A stretch of DNA of 64,000 bases from Anthoceros angustus (taxonomy: Eukaryota > Plantae > Anthocerotophyta). Positions 48,475 through 59,848 of the stretch are shown piece after piece. The notes under the pieces are model-generated. The model searched no databases, was not told the origin of the DNA, and saw nothing but the letters and a program-made list of their open reading frames with translations. Numbering within the stretch: position 1 is the stretch's first letter; every line of letters starts with the position of its first letter. The stretch is from the NCBI GenBank assembly GCA_010909165.1, contig MU008186.1, positions 248,001 to 312,000 of the forward strand, given 5' to 3'. The translations under genes and the position numbers were made by a program.

Positions 48475-51400
48475 TTAAACGTCTTCTAGTAATAAGGATG
48501 TAAAAGAGAATGGTTGAAAGTTATAACCATCCCCCGCAAAAAACTTGTTTTGAAATTCAACCCAATGTAATCTTATTGCATGTAAGAAAGCACTAAGAGT
48601 CTCCATCACCAGCAATACTGCTAGAGTTGCACAAGAAAACACAAATAACCCGATGCCTCTAATTATTATGCTTTCGTACCTGTGATAGCATTGAAACACT
48701 TAGCTTTGTCTAGACTTCTTACAAAAAATACATCATGAATAAAATACAAACATGGTAGAAAACTTACTCCCAAGCTAGCATCAATACTTTGTCATAAAAT
48801 ACAGCTGAAAGTTGTGCATGTGCAAGGCTGGGAAGAAAGACAAATTAGCTTCATTGAACTTCTACTTTTTAATGGTTTTCATTCAACTATATCTTTACCT
48901 TAGTGCCCACAATCGTAAATAAGATGCTGTATTAGATATTGAACCCAGCACAAACTCTATTGTATGTATCATTTGATGTATAAATATCTCTCCAAAATCG
49001 AATTCTTCATGTTCGCCTTCAAGCTCATCGTGCTCACTAGAATGATCTCCATGGGAATCACCATGTACACCAGCACCAAGAACTCCATATCCACGGGCTT
49101 GCATTCTCTATTATTCATATGTGTCGGGGAGAATTAATCGTAGTAATGAAAGAGATGTATGTATAAATTATGATTGTTCTCTAAATTTTGTAGTTGAGTA
49201 ACTAACTTGTTCCCATTGTTTTTTCAATATGAATGGTTTGGGTAGAAGCATCCAAGGAACGGCAACCAATGCTGTGAGCACCAAAATAACCTAACAACCA
49301 ATGACATGAACTTGAAAATAGTTGACCTAAGAAATATGATATAAGAAACTTAAGAAGTTAAAAACCTTTGGATGAGATCAAAATACTTTGTTTTTTGCAA
49401 TACCTGAATAAAAGTTTGACCCCAAAAGAGTTGGTTATCACCAAGTGGTGCCAAAGGGCTTAAAAACATATAAATCATGACATGATATAAATCGGCTTGT
49501 GATCCAGTACACCATTTTATCAAAATAAGAAGAGAAAGATATCCAAATAAAGAACCAAGGAATAACATTTGTGGGATAAATTCATACCTACACACATCAA
49601 CATTAATGTATGAAAATCACATATATTATATATTTATAGGGCACATCACCTATATGGAGATGGAAATGTAAAAGTAGAGGAAATAATTATTTATTTATAT
49701 TTTAACTCACTTTATATTCAATGGATTATTAAAAAACTTGGCATTATAATAACTATGCCCTATTCCCATCGTCATGTGAGTAACTCCCATTAATATGGAC
49801 ATTTTCATCTTCATTGAATTCATGAATGAAAGTTCAGATCGTGTTCCATGCCAACTTGGATCCACGCCAAATGCATAAGGAGTTGAGCTTGCTTTTATAA
49901 GCCCAATAGTTGATGCATCACTTTTGAAGAAGTATCCAAGATCATAGGTTAAATGTCAATCTTATTTAAACTATTTGAAGAGTTTCACTATTATTCCAAC
50001 ATGGTATCCAAGTTGAATCAGTACCTACAATCCTGTGCTCGGCAGACGTAGGCACTTTTCCCAAATAGTTCAAACGGAAGGGAAAAAAATTCATTATAGA
50101 TGAATCCAGTATAAATGGAACCTAATGCCATCGGTAGAATAATATAACGTCCTCCAAATGCCATATCCATAATATCACCCAATTTCTGCAGATATTTTGC
50201 ATCTATTACTTGAAATCAAGAGCATCATCATAAAATATTCCAAATGAAGGAAGCTAAGGAGAAGGGACAAACTTGACTGCCCAATTTTTCTTCACTGAGA
50301 ATAAGCCACATTGCTGCAATGAACAAAGCTATTCCATGCCCCCAATCTCCAAACATTACAGCAAAAAAAAAAGGAAATGTGACTATAGTAAAGACTGCTG
50401 GATTTGCTTCTTGATATCGCGCAATACTGCATGTAAAATTTAAGAACGTCAAGTTTAAAAAAACGTTGAAACATCAAAAGTATAGATGCTTTATTGTATA
50501 CATCAAAGGTGCAAACAAGATAATTGGCTAAAACGAAAAGTGCGAAAAAAATATCATGGTTAGTTCATTAGTTCTTTCCATTACCCGTATGAATGCACAA
50601 TTCCTTGATAAGGTGCTGTATATTTGTTATTCAAAAATAATGTTGGTGGCGTCTCTTTAGTTTGCAATACTTCTAGAATTGTTAGGACTCTAGTGTTACT
50701 ATGTGCTGCTACACATCGAAGTGTTTCTTGAACCTAATCTACCCTTGAAATAGAAAAGAACTTAGATTCAGTTTATTTAGTACCTTTTTTATGAATTTGT
50801 TTTGTTATGAACGTCTTTCTATGACAATTTGGGAACAAGAAGATGTATGGTAAAATCATGCAAGACTAGTGTTAAATTGGAGGGCAAGTATTTCGCACCT
50901 GTTCTTTGTTCAAAAGGGGACACCATGCCTCTCCTACAAGACACTTGTGGGTAACATTCGTATTCAACATATTCAAAGTTTGAAAAATCAACTTTTCTCG
51001 AAGAACCTACATTGAAACATGCCGGAGAAATATTTGTGTCATATGGTTGTGTGTATCTATTCCTATTGCAAGCCCACATGCCTTGTCAATGAGTTGAAAG
51101 TGCAAAAGGGCATGAACTTCTTACCATCACAATCCATTGATCCAAATGTTGACTAATGCTGATAAGAACTTCATTTCTATGATTAATAGCTGTATCTATT
51201 GTTGATTGTAGCTCATCTAGTTTTTCACTAACCTGGTTTTTATAGTTTTATAATATCAATAACAATAACCATCATTATAAATAGATAACAGAGAGATAAA
51301 ATATGAGTCTGATGGTTCCTTTATGAAACTAAGTTTCACGATAGTCACCTCCATCTCAATTTGCCTTGCAGAAGAAGGATCCTCTGGAAAAGTGTAACGG

Positions 51401-52886
51401 TTTGCATCCATTACATCACAAATTTTTGTAATCTTAGCCTCCGCATGCTCTCCAGTATAGAACACAATAAAAACTAACTTGTCTACCTATTTTTTTAGAG
51501 TGTTAATAAAATTGATCTACAATTTGGAACCAAATTCTATATTTTAATCCAATAATCACACTAACATAATCTTACTCTTTCTCCTGTAATGGGGTCAATC
51601 AAAGTTGTTGAACGTGACACTTTCTTGAAAATCATGTTACCACGAGTTGCTCGAAACAAAATTTTCTCAAAAGATGCTAATTTAGCTTTTGGGATTAATC
51701 CTGTGATATAACCCAATCTCCCATGTTTTGAAGGTTCAGTTTGCATCTCCTGAGCAATTACATTTGACCGTTTAAAGAAAAACAAGAGAAACATATCCAA
51801 ATCATGATATTACATTTCGGAGACATATAAGTTAATTACAATTCAGATTGCACCTGCCCTAATAAAGGGATATCCATAGCTTCATTTGCAGATGATGAAG
51901 CTTCCTGAAGTTGTTGGCTAATTGAGCTAGACCTGGCCTGGCGGAAAAATGCACGCACCTACAATCATGAAGCCTCTCTTTTTTCAATTTGAGATTGAAA
52001 CATAGTTGTAGCATTGAAGTTTAAGGTGAACTATCGTATATTTAGAATCATATTTGTATGTGTACAAAATTATAAGGGTTAATAAAAAGTTGGTAGGTTA
52101 CCTCCTTCAACAATAGTAAGAACTCTGTCAATTCACTATGATTGTGTTTAAGAGTTTCACTATTTTTGTCAATCTCCATCAAGTCATACTCAACTTCCAT
52201 GAGTTTTGCCTGTAAGCAATTGATCAATTTTTTTCGCCTATTCATATTAGAAAACATCACAGTGTGGTGCATAGAGGTTAATTATGAGCTTCAACCTGAC
52301 CATAGCTTAAAGTCAAAGTTTCAATAATATATACTGAAAATCACTTGGAACTATGTCAGTTTAAACTAATACCTCTAGCTCACTCCTACTTATTATTATG
52401 CGTGAGGTTGGCAGCATAGCGGTATTAATTTCGGCTTTAACAATTTGCTCTTTGAAGAACCTTAGTTGTCGGGCCATTTCTGCACATTGTTTCACCTACC
52501 ATCTATTTATCGTAAAATAGAACATGTTCACTCAAGCTTAAGATGATAATATTAGTTTTCTAGAATCATAAAGATCTTTCTGTGAAAACTAAACTTAATT
52601 GAGTAATACCTTAAGAGCATGTGGTCGTTCTGTAGCACTTTTCTTTGCATTGAGCTGCATTTGAACACCATCTTCTCAAATAAAAAGTAGAAGACATATA
52701 TGGATACCCATAAATCTTTCGTAGCAACAAAATTACTTAATATTATTTTATAGGTTTGATTCAATCACTTACATCCTTGAAATGGAGGAGACTAAGCTCT
52801 CCCAAAGCACGCACTGTGTCATGAGCATCCTCAGCTGGAATCACTAATTGCAAAAGAACCATGTCTACTGATCTGAACATATCCAT
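48475..52886 (-). CDS. VHA-a: V-type proton ATPase subunit a (VHA-a), multi-exon, reading frame apparently intact, strongly AT-rich
   Basis: Exon 1 encodes [38 protein letters not shown]. Later exons carry [87 protein letters not shown] and [27 protein letters not shown]. Confidence 0.95.
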
Positions 52887-53605
52887 GTTGAAGAAGATGA
52901 AAATCACACCAGATGTAAGGTCTTCAGGCTACCACAAGTATCCTCGGTTGTATTACAAAGTTAGTTCCCTTCTCCTCAAAACATAAAATAGATTATTCTC
53001 TTTCAAACTTTAACACAAATAGGTTTTCCAAATATGTGAATGCTTATGTGATGATTCTCAATACGATGAAAACAAGCTAGAAAAAATTATATATCAAAAT
53101 CTTTTCTGCTCAACAAGCTCAAACAAGCAATTTTAGACACACAATTCACTTTCAGCAAAGAAGAAGCAATCGAATCTGAAAATTATTTCACAAGGAAAAA
53201 AGAAGGCCTATTCACAGTCGATGTGCATAACATTGTCTACCATAAAAAAGAAGAAGATTCATGAGGGAGGGATTAAATTTTATAGGACCAAGATGAACAC
53301 CTAGACCCTAGATGTGAACAAAAGGAAGTAATGTCGTGCCCGAGACTGGCTCCAAGGCCCACACAAGGGTTTTTGTTTTTTGCCAAGGATTATTCCCAAC
53401 GCGTCATCTTGGTCCCATCTTTTGTGTTGAGTCTCTCAGGGCAATTTGTTGCCCTCCCTACTTGACTCTCATGTGTTGAGCATTTTTGTAATTTTCTATT
53501 ATATAAAGCTCAAGTTTCTTCTAAAAAAAGCACACGCTTCTTATATAAAGCTCGAAAATCATTCTTCGTAGAAAATGTGTACGCTCGAGAACGACAAGAG
53601 CATAA

Positions 53606-53666
53606 TGAGAATCGAACTACCATGTCTGTACTGTAGCAAGGTACTACTCTACCATTAGACTACTAA
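53606..53666 (-). pseudogene. Highly decayed tRNA-Gly(GCC) copy
   Basis: GAGAATCGAACTACCATGTCTGTACTGTAGCAAGGTACTACTCTACCATTAGACTACT aligns to the intact copy at 59184-59254, mostly through C>T and G>A changes. Confidence 0.7.
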
Positions 53667-55234
53667 GGCCCAAGCATTTTAAATGCCTTAGAAGTGACCT
53701 CTCGAGAAATATAGCAAATATTTTGCTTGCAAGAACCCAACTGACATGTTTACCGCAAGAGAGAAGTGACACGAGCACACGGGCTCACCACATGGATTAA
53801 GCTGCAGACTTTGACATTTGAGAGAGATGAGTTGTGTCATATGGTGTGACACTAATATAAGAGCTTGGGTCAGTATTTGACTAGTTTTAATTAATCTAAT
53901 TATTTATCTTTGAGCAAGTAATTATTATTAATTAATGTTAAACACTTAAGTCAATTAGACGTTGATAGATGTTTATTAAATATAGTTAGTAATAGCCAAG
54001 TAGATCAATACTAATAATGTGCTTTAAGATATTCCTTGCATACTTTAGTGTATTTTAAAGATATTTTTGGAATATGCTGATGCCAATATGATATCTCAGG
54101 GATATGCCGATGCCAAGGACTAGTATATGTAGACCCTTCACATAGGACAAGCTCAGATCGTAGCTTGTCCTCTAGATATGCAATATAACTATGTTGTGAG
54201 GAGGCCAAAGTTATGACTCAAAGAAGGGTGTGTTGGGAATTTGCACGTGTTCTTGTGGGGACACTATGTTTGTGCCACGACATGCAAGCTACTTTCTCTT
54301 ATTCTTATTGGCTTGCAGCTATATTTGCATGAATTTATTTTTGCTCGGTTGTTGATAAAGAAAGTGCTCACATAAATGCGCCAGTATATATTCCGGCACA
54401 CTCCCGCTCAATGCGTCAATGTATAGGTACAATGGTGCTGGGTATATGGATGCACTATTGTTTATTGCGCTGGTATACTGGTGTCTATATGGCACAGACG
54501 AGAGAAGTCTCTGCCGGTAAACCAGAGGTGGAACAAGGGCAAGTACGTGGGCTCGCCGACCTCCAATTTCATTACGTGGAAATGCTAATTCTTTTGTAGG
54601 CTAGTTTTGAGCCAAATCTGTTGTCGATAGAGCATTTCTTTTTTGTAATATGATAGATATTCTTTGCTATTTACGATATGGAGGTGCGCAGGTGTAACGA
54701 CGCCTATGGGACATCTTTCACAACTTTATCGGAATGCCTTTCAAAACTTTAAATTCAGATATCATGCTTTTTACAAGAATTGTTTCATTTGCTTGGCGTT
54801 TATTCAAATCGTATATGTGCTCGTTTTGTCAATAATGTGTTGGGAAACTAGATGATCATTCATGCACAAAAATCACTTTATGGAATAAGCCTGATTTCTT
54901 TAGATGCTGTAATATGATGCATCAATTGCATGACCACTTCATCGCTTCTCGCCCTTGATGGTCAAACTTCAACATGGCGAGGAGGCGAAGCAACGGCAAA
55001 ACGTTGTTATGCGATCTAGACCACTGGATTGTTGAAATAAATAGGTAAATGTAGTTCAATCCATTATGGTATTTACCTTCATAAATGAGAAACCTCGAAC
55101 ATTACGAAATTACGTGGTAGTGAAATTGTATGTCTGTGCTTTCTCAACATTCATCCATCCATGGATACTAAAGTCTGGGTCCAGCTACATGCCTCTCACA
55201 TTGGGACAAGCATGCTCATACCTCTAGACAACCG

Positions 55235-55275
55235 GTACCACTCTTAAGGTACTATTCTACCATTAGACCACCGGT
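55235..55275 (-). pseudogene. Partial tRNA-Gly copy (5' half)
   Basis: GGTACTATTCTACCATTAGACCACCGGT matches the D-arm and acceptor side of the intact tRNA. Confidence 0.7.
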
Positions 55276-55464
55276 AGTGTACACGCACACTCATCAAACG
55301 GATTAGGCTACATACTTTAGCATCCGGGAGAGATGAGTTGAGATGAGAGTATGTAGACAGATAAAAAGTTCAGTCTTGCTGGGAAATTGGCATGATGTCG
55401 TGCTCTCTTCTCATGCACGCAAAAATGTGAGACTCGTCTCCCATTCAATCTCGCCTCCTTCTGA

Positions 55465-56125
55465 CACTACTAGAACTTGCCATATGCTGTTACAATGTGT
55501 GTTACATATTTTTGTTACGGTGCTCTGGGTTGTAACAGAAATGGCTTTGGTTGTAGGATCGGGTTTAAGGTGTTGCAGTCATGTTGTAGTTGTATAACAT
55601 GGATGTAACATACGATCGGGTCGCGCATGGTTCCATTGCGCAGAACGGGCTTCCCGTCCAGCGGCACCCTTCAAATCGTAGGTGGGAGCCGTATTGCCTG
55701 CAAGCCATTCGGCATATATATCCGCGGAGGTCAGGCACGGCTGTACTCATTGGGTGGTCACTGGTTCAGCGGGGTTTCCGCTGATGGGCGTCGAGGTTCC
55801 GCGGCCGGCACGCCTTCTTTTTGGCCACGTATGGAAATGCTAGAAAATAGCATGTCAAATTCCCATGGAAGGTGACGTGGTTTCTCCAATTGTGTACAAT
55901 CGCTGCCATTCGGTCGCTGACATAGCTATAGATTGGCCACACGTGTGTTTCGATTTGCAATCGTTCAGACGTGTGGCCTCCATGTCACTTGTTCCATGAC
56001 CATATACGAATGTGTGAGGTCGTCCTTTTCTTAGTGGGAAATGTGTGCTCTCTTCCTGGCATTGTTTTCCATCAACCATGGAACAGCGCGCGGATGGCGG
56101 AAGGGGGATCGTGATGTCCCTTATC
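55465..56125. mobile_element. ~660-bp insertion relative to the paralogous 59xxx block, beginning CACTACTAGAA (CACTA-like relic)
   Basis: The flanks align with ~59655-59720 while the insert is absent there. GTTACA/TGTAAC motifs recur near the 5' end. No convincing 3' TIR or TSD was found. Confidence 0.35.
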
Positions 56126-56129
56126 TCAT

Positions 56130-56475
56130 GAGATAACCTGGCAAGGATTTCCTTAAAACGTTTCGATATGAAAACCATCTTCCACAATCTTGCACCTATT
56201 CCATCTCATGAGCTGCGAGTGCTTAATTTTGCAGCTATTATTTCCTCTTTGTCTTCCACTCATGAATGCGCAGTGGGTGAGGGATGAAAGCCATGAAAGT
56301 GTTAACCTGCATTGGGGCTGGTTGTGGCGTACGGTGGCTGGCGCAAAGGAGAAGAACGACAAGCGCAGACGCAAAATCAAACAGCAAGCAAAAAAAAAGA
56401 TGGCACACGCTGCCCCGGTCTCCGTGATGTCCCTCTTGCTCGCGTAAGAATCCAAGAACCCAATATGCTCAGCTG
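56130..56475 (+). pseudogene. Decayed duplicate of the promoter and 5' coding end of the pseudouridine synthase gene
   Basis: GATGAAAGCCATGAAAGTG..CTGCATTGGGGCTGGTTG and AGATGGCACACGCTGCCCCGG..GAATCCAAGAACCC match 59845-60030. Confidence 0.85.
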
Positions 56476-56487
56476 ATGGCAAGTGCT

Positions 56488-57400
56488 AAAGAACCTAAGC
56501 TATCGGATCATTTGTGCACATTGTTTCACCTACTCTCTATTTATCATGTACAACATGTTCATTTCAAGTGTGATATTACTATGAACTTTGTTTGTGATAG
56601 GAGCAATACCTTAGAAGCTTGTCGTCCTTCTACAACACTTTTCTTTATGATGAGTTGCATTTGAAAATATTTTTCACAAAGGAGAAATATATAAAATATG
56701 TGGATATCATCAGATCGTCATAATTTACCAAGTTATTCAATATATTTTTATAAATTTTAATCTGATAACTTACATCCTTGAATTGATAGAAATAGAGTAG
56801 ACGTTATAAATAGATGAGATGGAAAATCCCATCTACCCCTGAAGTCCGAGGATGAACAACGCAAAAAAGGCTAATGGTAAAAGGGGAAGTCCTAGTCCCC
56901 TCGAATGCCTTTCCCGTGACTACCTACAGCACCCATGATATTGTGATCGGGGAATTGATATAGGTGATCTCTGTCAAAGTACATTGTGTATATGCATGAG
57001 CATCCTCTATGGAATCACTAATTGCAGAAAAAAAAAATGTCTACTAATAGGAAAATATCTATTTTCAAAAAGATGAAATGCACATAACTTATAAGGTCTT
57101 CAACCAACAACTAATTCTCTTGAGTTGTCAACTAAAGTTATTTCTTCTTAAAACATAAAGTAGATTATATCATTTTTGGACTTACACACGTAGTCTCCCT
57201 AAATATTTCAGTGGTTACATGATGATTCTCAATACGACAAATGGAAGCTGAAGAAAACTATATATGAAAATTCTCGACCCAACGAGCTCGAACAAGGGGT
57301 TTAGATATGCAGTTGGCTTTCAAGAAAGAAGAGCTACTCATAGTCTATATGCATAATATTACTTGCCACCTAAACCAAAGAACTTAACTAAAGTTTCCTC
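56488..57400 (-). pseudogene. Decayed duplicate of VHA-a exons 1-3 and promoter
   Basis: TGCACATTGTTTCACCTAC, ACTTACATCCTTGAA and CATGAGCATCCTC..TGGAATCACTAATTGCA match 52455-53230. Confidence 0.85.
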
Positions 57401-58690
57401 CTACTCAAACATAAAGTAGATGATTTCTTTTTCAAGCTGAAACACAAACAATCTCCTCAAATACATCAATGGTTATTTGATGATACTCAGTGCGATAAGA
57501 GGAACTGAATAGAATTAGATATAAAAAAATCTCGAGCCAACAAGCTCGAATAAGTAGTTTTAGATACATAGTTGGCTTTAGGAGAAAGAGCTACTCTCAA
57601 TCAATATGCATAATATTCTTGGCCACCAAAACGAAAGATAAGACCTTATGTTATAAAATGGCTAAGACCTTATATTATGTGCAATGCACCGGCCGGGAAA
57701 CAAACCCGGGTCTGTACCGTTGTAGGGTACTAGTCTACCATTAGACCATTGGTGCCTTTATTATCATTCATTTCCAACGGTCATAACACTACCAAAACTA
57801 ACTTATAAAATGCCTTTTTCTACCCTGTTTGCCGCGTTGCCAATTTGCCACAAGCACAAAGACTGAGCACACTGATTAGAATACATATCTAGGCATGTAG
57901 GAGAGATGAGCTGAGATGAAAGGAGAGCCAAAATTTGGAGTCCGCTGGGAATGATGTTGGGCTCTCCTGTCATGCCTCGGTTTTAAACACGGATTAGAAG
58001 GCATAATTAGGCATGCGGAGAGATGAGCTGAGATGAAAAGAGAGCCAGAATGTGGAGACCGGTTAGAAATAATGTTTGGCTCTCTTTCATGCCTCGGCTT
58101 TTAAACTGGCATGTTAGTCCTTGGTACCCCAATAACTTATGAGGTCTTCAAGCAATGAGCTAATTGTCTTGAGTTGTCAACTTAAGTTTTTCCTTCTGAA
58201 AATATAAAGCAGATTATCGTCTTTCGGACTTGAACACAAATAGTTTCCCCAAATACTTCTGATGTCGTATGATGAATCTCAATACAACAAATAGAAGCTG
58301 AAGAAAACTGTATATAATTTTTTTTGACCCAACAAGCTCTAACAAGTAGTTTAGATATGCAGTTGGCTTTCAAAAGAGCTACTGAAAGGATCTATATTCA
58401 TAATATTACTTGCCACCAAAACGAAAGAACTCAACTAAATTTTTGTCCTACTCAAAACATGAAGTAGAGGACTTCTTTTTTAGACTGAAACACGAATAAT
58501 CTCCCCAATTACATCACTGGCTACATGATGATTCTCAATACGATAAGAAAAAGTTGAAGAAAACTATATATGAAATAATCTCGACCCAACAAGTAGTTTT
58601 AGATACACAGTTAGCTTTGATGAAGAAAAGCTACTCACAACCAATATGCATAATATTCCTTGCCACCAAAAAGAAAGATAAGATCTGTTA
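57121..58690. repeat. Four further copies of a ~270-bp AT-rich unit also found at ~52950-53225, plus GAGAGATGAGCTGAGATG repeats
   Basis: ACATAAAGTAGATTAT...GATGATTCTCAATACGA...AAGCTGAAGAAAACTATATA...AAGTAGTTTTAGATA recurs at ~57120, 57390, 58165 and 58435. Confidence 0.8.
57685..57755 (-). pseudogene. tRNA-Gly pseudogene (full length; B box and anticodon mutated GCC>ACA)
   Basis: 71-nt alignment with the intact copy; GTTCGATTC has become GTTTGTTTC. Confidence 0.85.
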
Positions 58691-58857
58691 TAGAATGATA
58701 GTGAACGCATGTACTCTAGATCTGAAGGCCAAAAATAGTATCATACCTTAAACACCAAGAATAGTATCATACCTCAAACAGGCTCCCACGACCACATATA
58801 GGGTTTTGGCTTCTTGAGAATAATTTATTTTTGAGCTTTATATTAAAGTTACACATA

Positions 58858-59045
58858 CATCTTCTATTTTACTTTGAGGGGGCATTGCCAATAATTTGTT
58901 GTTGAGTTTTATATCAAAAATTCACATCTTCTATTTCACTTTATCGGAGGGCATTGCGAATAATTTGATTTTGAGCTTTGTATCAAAGATTCACTCACAT
59001 CTTCTTCTATTTCATTTTATCCCATGGGGAGGGGGCATTGCGAGA
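58858..59045. repeat. Three diverged ~70-bp units (ACATCTTCTATTT...GGGCATTGC.AATAATTTG)
   Basis: Direct reading. Confidence 0.75.
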
Positions 59046-59183
59046 AACGAACTTCATATTAAAAAGTACACACCTTCTATGTCATTTTATCGTAGGGGCT
59101 CGCTCGATCGCCGTTTTATCAGGAAACGTTGCAAGAACCAAGCTAGCGACCTTGTCCTACGAGACCAAAAGGAACCCAGTGCG

Positions 59184-59254
59184 TGCACCGGCCGGGAATC
59201 GAACCCGGGTCTGTACCGTGGCAGGGTACTATTCTACCACTAGACCACCGGTGC
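59184..59254 (-). tRNA. trnG-GCC: tRNA-Gly(GCC), intact
   Basis: GCACCGGTGGTCTAGTGGTAGAATAGTACCCTGCCACGGTACAGACCCGGGTTCGATTCCCGGCCGGTGCA has a perfect 7-bp acceptor stem, a GTACC/GGTAC anticodon stem around GCC, A and B boxes, and a TTTT terminator ~14 nt downstream. Confidence 0.97.
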
Positions 59255-59848
59255 GGATGCCCACATTGTGGTACACTAATATTATCAATAATTTTTGTTT
59301 ACCCACCATATAGAGAAAGAAGAAGAATTTTATTGAAGTCCGGACACCATGTGACACAACGACATTAGCAAGCATTCTTAGGCATGACTCACAAGGATTA
59401 GCAAGCATTCTTAGGCATGACTCATACGGATATTAGCAAACATTCTTAACCATGCGGGAGAGATGAGCTGAGATGAAAGGAGAAAGCCAGATTGTGGAGC
59501 CCGGTTGGGAATGATGTTGGGCTCTCTTGAGCTGAGATGAAAGGAGAGAGCCAGAATGTGAAGCCCCGTTGGGAATGATGTTAGACTCTCTTGTCATGCC
59601 TCAGCTAGCATCTCAATCCTCTGTACCCATAAACCCTGCCAGCACGAGGCTGCGGAAATGTGAGACTCTTCTCCCGGACAATCTCATCTCCTTGGTTCAA
59701 ACATACCTCGGCAAGGATTCACTTCAAACGGTTCGAGCAGGAACTATGTTCCACAATCTCGCACCATCTCACGAGCTACGAGTGCCAAGTTCTGCAGCGG
59801 TGATTTGCTCTCTGTCTTGGATGCACGAGTGCACAAAGGGCGAAGGAT

